Shown piece after piece: positions 37,101-49,100 of a DNA stretch of 64,000 nucleotides. The stretch covers positions 10,540,001 to 10,604,000 of the forward strand of contig OZ116698.1 of NCBI GenBank assembly GCA_964199315.1, given 5' to 3'. Within the stretch, counting starts at the first letter, position 1, and each line of letters starts with the position of its first letter. The DNA is from Orbicella franksi. Its lineage: Eukaryota. The position numbers and the translations under genes are program-made. The notes under the pieces are model-generated. The model was not told the origin of the DNA. It ran no database searches and was given only the letters and a program-made list of their open reading frames with translations.

Positions 37101-40100
37101 TTCTAAGAGCTCTGAGCTGGTAAACTCGCCAGTGACATAATCGTTTTGATCTACAATCTCCAGGGAAACATAATCGTAACTGGCCTCATCATAAGTTTCT
37201 TCCAACTCTCGAGCGTGCTCTGCATCTAGTGTTGCCTCTTCATGTACTTCTTCAACTGTTAAAATGTCGAATGCTTCACCAGCAATGTCCATGGGAACGG
37301 AAGGTGTGGTGATCGTCACTTCATCCACAGACGAGTCTTCCTCCACAAAAAGAGACGCCCGTTTGTTTTCATCACTTGTCACCTCTGCAATCTCTTCAAA
37401 ACTTTCCATGCTTACACTCTCGCCAGCAAGGTGCGTTGGAGATGACGGTATATCACTTATCAATTCGTCTACTAGTGTTTCCTCTTCTGCAAACATTGAT
37501 GCTCGTTTACTTTCTTCAAAGAGTGCTTCCTCGACTTCTTCAAAGCACTCAATATTTTGGCTTTCTCCGTCAATTTGTTTTGGTGAGGAAGGAGTGTCAG
37601 TTTCAACTTCAATAACATCTGTACCTCCTTCTACATACAGTGATGCTCGCATGCTTTCTTCAGAAGGTTCTTCATCGACGTCTTCAAATGATTCAACATT
37701 ACTTTCTCCTGCAATGTGCTTTGGCGAAGAGGGAGCACCAGTTTCAACTTCAACATCTGTATCCTCTTGTAAAAATATCAATCCTCGTCCACTTTCTTCA
37801 ACGGGTTCTTCGCAAATTTCTTCAAAGGACTCGGCATAATTACAAGTTTCGCCTGCGACGTGTTTCAGCGAAGAGGGTGTATCAGTTGTCACTTCATCAA
37901 CAAGTGGTTCTACTTCAAAACAAACCGATGCTCTTTTGCTTTCTTCAATGTGTTCTTCCTTAATTTCGTCGAAGGGTTCAGCTTGTCGACTTTCGCCTGC
38001 AATGTGTTTGGGCGAGGAATGAGTGTCAGTTGTGACCTCATCTACAATTGATTCTACTTCTCCTCTTTTGCTTTCATTGATGGGCTCTTCATTAACTTCG
38101 TCAAAGGATTCCGCTTGTCGACTTTCGTCCGCAATATGTTTGGGTGAGGAGGGTGTACCAGTTGCCACCTCATCTACAAATGGTTTTACTTCAAAAAACA
38201 CTGATGCTCTTTTGCTTTCTTCGATGGTTTCTTCATTAACTTCGTCAAAGGATTCAGCTTGTCGACTTTCGCCCGCAATATGTTTAGGTGAGGAGGGCGT
38301 ATCAGTTACCACTTCATCCACAAGTGGTTCTACTTCAAAAAACACTGATGCTCTTTTGCTTTCTTCGATGGGTTTTTCATTAATTTCTTTAAAGGATTCA
38401 GCTTGACGACTTACGCCTGCAATATGTTTGGGCGAGGAAGGAGTGTCAGTTGTGACTTCATCTACAAGTGGTTGTACTTCAAAAAACAGCGATGCTCTTT
38501 TGCTTTCTTCGATGGGTTCTTCATTAATTTCGTCAAAGGATTCAGCTTGACGACTTACGCCTGCAATGTGTTTTGGCGAAGAAGGAGTGTAAGTTGTCAC
38601 TTCATCTACAAGAGGTTCTACTTCAAAAAACAGCGATGGCTTTTTGCTTTCTTCGATGGGTTCTTCGTCAATTTCGTCAAAGAATTCAGCTTGTAGACTT
38701 TCGCCCGCGATGTGTTTTGGCGAGGAGGGAGTATCAGTTCCAACTTCATCTACTAGTGTGTCTACTTCTAAAAACACCGATGCGCCATGGCTTTCTTCCG
38801 TCGCTTCCTCATGAATATCCTCAAAGGTTTCAACATTTCGGCTTTCTCCTGCAATGTGTTTTTGCGACGGAGTGTCTCGCACTACCTCATTTACAATGGA
38901 GTCCTCTTCCTCAAATAAGGAAGCACACTGTTCTTCTAGGGTTTCGTTTTCTTCTGAAGCAACCTCTGTTTGTTCGAGGGTTGCACCTTGTACAGCAGTA
39001 CATCTTGGAGAAGAGGGAGTTTCAGTCGCTCTGTCTTCTGCTACTGCGTTCTCGTCCATATATAATGATGCTGGCCTGCGTTGTTCAGCTTGTTTCACCT
39101 CAATGATTTCCTCTGTGCGTTCACTTTGTCTACTTTCATGAGAAATATATTCAGAGGAAGAAGGAATAAAATACACTGCCTCATCAACTGTTCCATTTTC
39201 CTCAACGTAAAATGAAGCTTGCGGAGTTTCTTCGTTTGGACTTGTTTCTGTCACAGCCTCCTCGAGGCGTCGAGTTTCAGCAGCTTCATCTGCAAATGTT
39301 GTGTCGTCTTCTTCCAGGCGACGAAACATCTCTTCAAAGTTAATCTCAGATTGAACATCTCGACGGACGTCGGCCTCGATATGCTCTGCAATCTCTGGTA
39401 ACTCAATCACTCTTGATGATTTAGGTGTATGATTATAATGTAACGGCTCCACTGACTCGTCAAAAGAGTGCGTTATGTCAGATGAGACGGTAACTAAACC
39501 GAATTCTAAACCAGTTTCCTCAAGAACCTTCGCGCGCTCTTGATCGTAATCACGAAGAGCGGCTTCACAAGACTGTTCTTCCATGGAAGTATCAGTCCTG
39601 TCCTGAGTGATTTCGTCCTGTGACTCTTCTTTTTCAATTGAACTCTCCAACCGGACCTCTAACTCTTTCAGGTCCATTGCGTTTTCAGGCGGACGATCTC
39701 GTCTACCTGATTCAATAATGGTCTCGCGAACAAGTTCAACTAAATCTACAGGTTTCGAGGTTTTGCACTCGTAGTGTAGAGATATGTCTGGCTGAGATTC
39801 CTGTTCTTCTTCCAACGCGCTCGTTAATACAAGTCCAATGTCAACACCTACTTTTTCTATATCCGCTGTACGTTCGCTTTCATGATCTCTCAATACAACC
39901 TGAACGGTGTCCAGAGACTCGGTTGTCTCAAGACGTTCCATACTAGTTTCGTGTATTTTTTTCGCTTTTTCATTTTCTGTCTCGCCATTTTCGAGTTTTT
40001 TAAACAAGGCTTCAAAATCTATTTCCGATTCTACGCTGTCTTTAAGAAAGGCCTCGCAGATCTCTTCAACTGGTGTTCTTTCCTGTTGTTGCTCACGATC

Positions 40101-43100
40101 ATTTCTGTTGTTCATAAGATTTTCCACAAACTTTCCTTCCGTTGTTTCGTGAAAATCGGAAATTTCGTCACTGGCCCCTTCACTTTCGAAAGTCGACGAA
40201 ATTCCCATTCTAGAAATAAGGTCTTCCATTCGAATATTTACGTGATCTTGTTTTACCGCCAAGTAACAAAACTCAGGATCTGACGTTCTTTGAAAAGATG
40301 CTTGTGGCACCTCAATTAGCGCCTCGCTAGTTTCAAAACGTTCTTCACTGTACTCATCTGGCACATCTTCCATGAAATTCGGTGGTTCATCTTCGCACAA
40401 TTTGAAAGTTTCAGTTTTTTGAAATTTCGTAGCGGTGCTCAATTTCGTTGACGCGTAAACAGTTTTTGTTGAAGATCGTGGTTGCTCTTCCTCCTCCGTA
40501 ATATCAGCATACTGGTGTGACGCATCCTCGTCAGAAAAATCAAAGATCTCCATAGCAGATGGCTCTTCTTCCATAAATTCGTGAGTTACGCAGACGCTGT
40601 CTTCGAACTCATAATCTTGAAGGCCCTCATGCCTCGTTTCACAATTTGTGTAATCCAGCACGTCCTCTGCGTCCGATACACTTACCAGACTTTCATTTTC
40701 GTCTTCGCCCTCGTCGTCGAATATTTCTACGTGTGACTCTGCTTCGTCTCCTTCTCTGTGAGCAGGAAATACGTCATCAAATTCCAACTGGCATTCGTGC
40801 TCTTCTTCCATTATTTCTTCTTCTTCCTTCCTTTCTTCTTCTTTGTGAAGCGATTGCCTTTTCTTTAGAGAAGCCAGTTCTTCCAGTTCTTCTTGAATGA
40901 GACTTCGCCTAAGTGACGATTCTGAATTGGAGGGCGATTGCCTTCCATGTTGATACGTTTCAAAGAAAGCTATTTTGGAGAGGACGTTTCCTTTATGCAT
41001 TTCTGGTTCGGTACCATCCGAGTCTAATGAGAGAGAACGTCGAATTTCACAGAAATGTTGGTAAAGATCGTCCTCGGGATCAGAAAACAAATCAGCCTCT
41101 TCCAATTCGGCCTTCTCCGTATGTACCAATGGTTCCTCAGTCACGCAAGTAAGATCTGAAGAGAAAAGGCACGATGTTACAAGCTAACAGGTAAAGATTG
41201 TCACATTCAAGAGAAAAAAGTATGCTTGCGGTAAGTTGCGTTTTGAAGAGGTCAGAAGCCATTACAAAATAATAAAGGCAATGAGATCTCTAATGATGTA
41301 CATAAGCTGCAAAACTGGAATTTACTTTTCATGCAATACAGAATGGCCTCTCCTTTAATTTAGATTTGGAAGCTATTATAATGCCTCTCGGAATCCGCTT
41401 CAGGAATGCTTGTTTTCTTACCGTCTTCTTCTGTCGCGTTATCCATTTCATACGCTGTCCTAGCATCTTCTTCTTCTTCCTGCTCTCTTTCATCTTCTGG
41501 TTCGTGATCATTCTCTTCCTGGGCGGTCTCCTCTGCAACTCCTTTCCTCTGAAGAGTGGGACTGTTAGGATCTATCCACACCAGGCGGGTGAAGTGATCG
41601 CTTACAGACAGTGTGTTTGCAGAATCTTGCTCGTCGGCCCTGTGGAGGATATTCTCGTTCTCATCAAACTGGTCCAAGTCACTGAGGGGGGAAAGTGTCA
41701 ATGACACTAAATCAGCATATCGGCAAACTAAGGGATGAAATCTGATATCATCCATCAAGCGCATGGAAATATAGGCTCCTAAATTCTTAAACCCTCTTCT
41801 CCTCTTCCTGTTTTAAAGACCATTGTTCCCTTCAAACAGATATAGGAACTGGTATATTCGTGTTAGATCAAGGCTCCGTTAGAGAACAGTCATTAGTATA
41901 AAAACAACGGAAACAGATATAACAACACAGCTGTTCTCCTTTTCATGTATCTGTATTTCTCATCTTGGGAAAATGTCAATATTTTTTTCTGGGGGAGGTC
42001 ATGGGTTATGAATAGGCAAGATGAGGAGAATTTAAGATTAATCACTACTGGGAATTAAACTAAATGTAAATACTTCTGCTACAAGATTGAAACCAATCAT
42101 TTCTGAATTTTTTTTTTTTTAATAACCGCGCTAAGTTAGTGATTAGCTTGTTAGAGAATTAAAGAAATTTGAAAGTTGTTTAACTTCGTGTAGTTATATT
42201 CGTCACATCTTAAATATTATGTTAAGAGTATTATAGGGAAACAAACGACTTCATTAATTTGATTCACTTGTCGTTTGTATAAATAATATTATTGGATTAT
42301 TGTATTAAGTTATTTTCTATATTTTTGTAAGAAAAAGACGTTAAGTAAATGTTAGGAAGAATTATGCTTTTTTAAAACTTATTGGTTATAACGTTTTTGA
42401 AGACTATTATATAAGTTTCAGCTAGCTGTTCAAGTTAGATACTTATTTGTTATGTATTTAGTTTCCCAAGCGTTACTTCGCGTTAATATTTTTTAACGTT
42501 CATTTTGTTTTAACAGGGAAAACAAATTTAATTCAGTTTGAATTTGTTTAGATAAAATCGCCACCTACCACAAGTAGTAAGATATTACTTAGCAAAGAAT
42601 GATGAAACAGCGAACGAAAGAAAAAGAACAAAATAAGTATGAAAATATGAGTCCAGTCAGTGGAGGCAAATGAGTCGTCAGTGACTAAAACGTAGTTGAG
42701 AAGGTCAACGGAGGGGGTTAGTGAATGTTCAAAAGGCAAAAGAAACGTTAATCGGTCATCAGTGAAACTGTCCGAAGTCAAGGGACGTCGAAATTGTTTT
42801 CAGAGTCAGAAAGTAACGAGAGTATAAACGAGCAAAAAGGACGAATGGAATATTAGACAAGATCATTCACCCAAAGCTTAAATCAAAATTACAAAGAAGA
42901 GTTTAAAGGTTAGGTTAGGTAGCCTTTCCCATCACCTCGAACGCCGCCAAGTCTTTTGGTCGTGTGCAGCGAAAGGCGTTATCAGATTGAAGATGTCAGA
43001 GTGATTTAATAATGTCACTGTTTTAAAGGGTTTAGTCAAGTTCGATGATTAGAATTTCCGAGTAAAAGAGTTAAGGAGTGTTTACTTTTGGCTTATAACG

Positions 43101-46100
43101 CGAGTGTTTAAAACATCTTATCATGATTGGCGTGAGCAACTTCAGACTACGTTTACAAGAGAGCAAAAGTTAGCGAATTCTTCAGGTATCTGGAAAATCC
43201 TGGCCTCGGATTCGCCGGGTTTTTCTTTATTTTCTTGGTTTTGTTTCAGTGATTGTTTGTTTTTTCAGATGGGTGCTTTTATTTGTCATATTGAAATTCG
43301 GGAATCAAAAGAAAATTTTACGCTGAAATGTTTGTGGTAACCAGCTTTGTAATAAATGCGGTCGCGTATCAAATATAGTTAACAATAACAGCACGTGATT
43401 ACCCTTCAATCGCTAACTTTATGAAATTCACCAAACTTGTCTCCCGAAACCTTTATGGCATTGTAAAAAAAAAAAAAAATAGGACAATGGTGATCATAAC
43501 ATAAGACGAAATAAGGGACTACTCAAATCCAGGAATTACTTGTCTCAGATCTATCAATTACTTTATCAGTCCGCTCCAATGTAGTAGGTTCCGTGTTAAA
43601 CGGTATACGTACAACTACAAAAAGAATAATAAAGAGTTATCTTAATTCGTCGGCATCGTACTGTGTCTTGTAGTATAACCGCATAAAGGTGGGGCAACAA
43701 AAAGGCTGTTTTTTTTTTTTTTTTTCTCAATTCTGATTTCATCTTCTGACAGGGAACTTTTCTCGCGAATATGAAACTATTATAAAATCAAATTTTCATT
43801 TCATCGGCCTATTCAGACTGGCCTTTCTTGAGCAGTATAAAACAATGATGACAAGTAACACTACCATTTGCTGTCATTCTGGTATGTTTGGTCTTATAAC
43901 TTGGAAGTTTATCGGTACAGACTCTTTTAACCATGTATGCATGAATTGGGGGAACCTTACCATGGCAATGGCGAAGAAAAGAAATTGTGCCAACAATAAT
44001 TTTAATGCTTACCGCGAAGTACACAAACTGGGCTATAAGAGATAACAGGAAGGAGACGGGAATATTACAGTCCCAAGAAACGTATGTTACCCACCCTCAC
44101 CACATTCGTTTTGTCTGCCGAGGCATGAGCCAGTGCTCATTCAAATTCATTTATATCATACTCCTGAGAGGACAGGCAATCACACATGGAAGCTGGTTTG
44201 CGCAAGCTAAAATAATGACCATAGTTCAACTCTCTACCTCTGGGGATCGAGCCCTATAAATTAGAGAACTTGAATTTTCATTCTTTTTCAGGGGAAGTTC
44301 TTCCCTGCACGCAACCAAACGAATTCTCTTGGCTATACCTACGCGTTATGTAACTACCGCACAAAAAGAGAAAGGTTAGCAGCAAAATTTCACAAACGGA
44401 TCCGTACGGTTGACGCCTTGGCGCGCGTTAACTTGCGAGACGGAACGGACAAGAGAGGGAACAATTTAATGATTTTACTAAGGACATCCGAATACCGCGC
44501 GACTTTTGCTCTCGTGTCAACGTACTCCGTGAGGGATCTGAGCAAGGCGGACAAACGAGAGTTCATACCTCCAACTTAAACTGGCGGCCATACTGAGGGG
44601 AGGGGAAAGGTGACAGCTGTTTCGACACTGGTCCAAGTCTTCTAATAAACGGTTTAACAGAAACTTTGCGCGGGTAAGTCCACTCCCCTGAGGTGCTTGA
44701 CAACTAAAGTGGCGACACAAATCAACATGTTAACCAGCTGTTTGATCAACGGCCAATATTCGTCTCTGCTAAAAGAAACCTTCGTCATTGTTATTCCGCG
44801 TTCACGTGATGATAAAATACTGTTTCCGAGGTTAAAGCCTGTTAAACGGTTTTGGGGAAGCAAAGATTGTCTACGTCCCGTGCAAAGCGATAAGTTTGCA
44901 AAGAAACTACTCTGTCGCATCCGCAGGAAAGTGAAATACTTATCCATCGGCCTTCAACCCTACTTAAAAGTTGTGGTGGAAATATTGTCGTTTTGTCCTC
45001 CATTTATACGCAGTAAGCAACGAATGTTCAGTGTTAAACAAAATAAAACACTGTGACTTCAAACTCAAAAGCGTGTGTGAAATCAAACCACTGGCATGTT
45101 GTACGCGGCTGCATGAGTGTTGTGATTGGGTGGTTTAAAGGCACATGCATACTAGCCTAGACGCTATGTATGTGCATTAATATTTGTTACCTCCTCTTTG
45201 TAGTGTCGCCCGCTAACTCACCAAACGTCTGCGTATCTGGAGAAACAAGAGAAGTGATAATTCATATTTCGTGCACGAATAACGTACTGGAAAATGTAGT
45301 CGATTTTGGTTGGAGAAAAATTGGTGGAAAGTCGTACAAAGGATGCAGGATCATTTCCAAAGTCGGCCTAAATAATAAACCTAGAGGTAATTCAAGATTG
45401 CCGAAATACAAGATCCTTCGAAAAGTTTCGAAGTTTGCCGAAGGCTACCGAACAAGTCGATCGATGACGCTTGATGAATCCAAGCCCTTAAGTAATTACT
45501 GTATGCGTATAAATACCTAAACGAATAGAAAAATCCCCTCCCCTGAAGAGACTTTCGTGTATTTTGCGGGACCATTAGTACCTTTCGCATTACCAAATCA
45601 AGAGCCAATAAGGCTAAAGGTAGCAGAGCAAACGCATCTTGAAGCTAACAATTGATGGGGTCTCGCGTCGTGGCCGAACCATGAGAGATCGCGAAAAACA
45701 TGTCATTTCTAAATCAAAAATATAATCCACACCTTCGTTTTCCCAGCTCAGAAAGCTGTTGGTGGACTTGCTGTCGGTTCGCACTCGGTATCTGTATTCA
45801 ACATGGAATATCATTGGTTCACAGCTGCCTCTCTCGTGTCCTCTTCGCTTGACATTCTGTACAAACAGCCCGTCTATGTTACCTACAGGCTCGTACCGTG
45901 CCACCACTACAGTCACGCCTTCCGCCCCGGTCGCTTTACCCACGCCAAACTTACGACTGCTCAGCCACACCAGCTGGCTAAAGTCAAGTGTCTCGTTACT
46001 GAATCCGGGACTGTCGAAATCGTAGTTCAAGATTTCTTTGTACCAGAGCTCAGAGACCTGGGAAGAGTAAGGGAAAAAAATGGTTTTCGTTATCTTAATA

Positions 46101-49100
46101 TATACGCACGACCTGATCACGGGATCAGGTTTAACAAGTGGTCAGATCGTGCATCTCCAAACCGAGGCAACGGCGTCGCTTAGGTCAGAATGATGTTCAA
46201 GCTGTTATTTTCTAATGCAGTTTAATAGTTTTTTCCTCCATAAGGAGCTACAATGTTTTGAGACGTGTCTAATGATAAGCTCTCAATTACAAGCCGTTAA
46301 ACACATTTCATTTATGCTGTTTTGTTTTTGCGCTGAATTTCCATCGACAGCAAGTGCTGTGCAGCTAATACGATTGCACGTTCGCCAATAGTCAGCCAGT
46401 GCAACAGTGACGAACAATTCCCTAAGACCCGTGTTCTACAGTATTCTATTACCTTAATCCCACTGATGTGCGCCTTGTCTAGCACCGCCACACTGATCCC
46501 TATCCGCGAGTTATCCAGTCCCTCCATGGCGCCCGTCACAAGCAGCCGCTCGGCCCAGTACTGCGCCTCATCTGTTAGGGCACTGCTGAGAACTAGCGGT
46601 GGAGAGCCATGGCGGGCTCTGAAGTAGTTGTGTGTCACAAGGCATTCCAGGCGAAAACTTTCTAAATCTAACGGAAAATACAGAATCAGATCCTAGACCC
46701 ACACAGGCCGTCGAAATCTAACGTTTCATTGAGATTTGGATCGACATAATTGTAAATTTTCGGATTCGTATTGATTTTATCAGTACGAATGCCACGTTCC
46801 ACGCCATCTTCTAGTCCTTTGGAAAGATCATGCTGCTTAGCAACCTCTCTGGTAAAAGAGAAAAGGGTTCTCGTCAGAGAAGGGACTCTCGTCCAAAATG
46901 AGACCAGTTTTTCTTTTACTGTATACCACTGTATTCAGTGAGACTTATTCTATTGTTGTACCGACAAATTCTCAGAAGTAACCTCAAACGAAATGTGTGG
47001 TCGTCAGAAATGAGAATTTGTATTTTGAGCTTATGATTGAAGGGGTTGAAACTGAAAGGGATTGGAAGTTACCACTCACCAGGAGCGGGCGGTACAAAGC
47101 CCTTTAGTTCTTTACTCTTTCTCTCTCTAACAGCCGACCCCATACGAAGAACGTTATCAGCAAATGACCCCTCCATGTTCCCAGGAGGCTCATAAAATGC
47201 TACCACCACGCAGAGATCTCCATCAATGGCCCTACCGACTCCGAGGGACTCTGAAGCGACCCAAACGACCTGCCAAAAAAAAAAAACAAAATTTGTTAGA
47301 ATTCAATGCGGCAAATATACGTGCTGTAAGAAGGTATCTTTACTCAAATGTAGGAGTGGTGATCTTACTTTATTTTATGACAAAAAGAAGGGTAGAGTAA
47401 AAAATAAATAAATGAATAAACAGTTGCGGAAACACTCCAGAAACGCTTTCAGATCACTGCTGAAGAACACAGTGAGCCTTCATGCCAATTTACGGAAGTT
47501 CCACTTGCAGCACATTATATTCCCTAAGGAAAGATTTAGAGAATGTGACATTACCTGCGTGAAATTTGACGTATCTTCGCTATACCCTGCGCTGTCAAAG
47601 TCATAATCTTCTATTTCATCATACCACATGTCCGTCGTCTCCCGGCCAGAAAGCTCGCCGCCCATCATTCCCGCCAAATTCTCACCCACTGTGTCGTCAT
47701 CGTTGTGCCGGAGCTCGCCACTTCGCGCCAAGTTCTCGGCCCACTGCTGTGCTTCCCATGCGAGCTCCGCTGACCAGTGCAAAGGAGCCGCTCCATGTCT
47801 GAGCCTGTACTCGTTGTGCACCGAGAGACATTCCTCGTGAAACTCTTTAAGTCCTGGGTCAACGAGTGAAATTAATTTGTTGCGAAAGCTGGTTAGAAAA
47901 TAGTTTGGTAGGATGTTTATTTACAAGATGTCACCCGATAAACATTGAACTAAATACATGTTTTCTCTCGGTAAACCTTGAAACAAAGTGTACTAGTCAG
48001 TACCGATTAAGGTGGCTCCCTATAGTTTTACGATCGCACGAGCGCTGAGGAAGTAATCTGCGCGCGCTCAAAGGAAACGTCAGTGTTTTTCGATATTTTA
48101 TTACGTCAACATGAGCACAAAAAAGCAAAACTGACAGTGAGTTTTCTCGCGTTTCCTTCGGTGAAATTCCGTTAAATTTGGCAGATTGGTAGTAAATATT
48201 TTATTTTAGTCGGAGCTCGTTTTTCAGGGAAATCTATAAGACCAGATTTTTTGCAGCGGTAAAAGACATAAATTTGAAAATATCGAAAAAACTGCCTCTA
48301 CAAACCCTACTTTATTCGTGTTTAAAATTCGTATCCCGCTGGAAGCGATGTGATGTAAACATTTTGGAAGATTTCACCGTAGGAAATTCATGAAAATCAC
48401 AAATAAAGCCATAAAACAGTAAAAAATACATTTGTTTGAGCATTTAAAATTCAAGACTAAATCCCAAAATTTTAACAGAGATGATAGCAAAATACTATTT
48501 AATCATTGTTTATTATATGTATTAAGTTTGAGAGGACTAGGTGTGAAAAGCGAATGCGAAACAGCATTCAAAACATAACACTTGCGCGCGCAACGCCATA
48601 AATGATTATCCTATGGAGACACCTTAAACTCAATAAGAAAAATAATGAGATGTACATATACTATCATTCGAGAATCTATTTCGTGGTTCAAGTAAAGTCA
48701 TTATCACAAGCAACTCGAACTACCACAAACATTTCTTAGCGAGCGGTTGAAAATTGAGCACACAATGAGAGACGTCTGTTGTCATTAAAAGTTAGTTGCC
48801 ATGTCATTTTTTAACGGCAAAAAATAGAAACATGCTTTCGCGTACGTGCTGTAAGCAATGTGTCAGCGGATCTTTGTTTATTTCCTCGTTAGGGTAAGTT
48901 ATATTTAACTTGACTGACATAAACATTTGATGAATTGATCAACACTGTAGTATTTAATGGAAGGGTAATGCTTAAAAAGAATTCAGTATAGTCATTTTTT
49001 TATACCCGTTTTCTCTTATAACTTATCTGTGAAGCCGCAAATTCACTCTCTTCCCTATATCACCGCATACACAGTATCAAAAACAATCAACATTTCCCAA

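Noticed and set aside
33415-41152. Many Ser/Phe-rich plus-strand ORFs over the giant exon, and antisense ORFs over PKD1L and CAP exons
   Set aside because: These are antisense shadows of biased codons. They have no splice support or domain content.
41360-41421. Stop at 41360 as the end of a separate 134-aa gene
   Set aside because: A strong phase-1 donor (G|GTAAGA at 41422) joins the giant exon in frame before the stop is reached.
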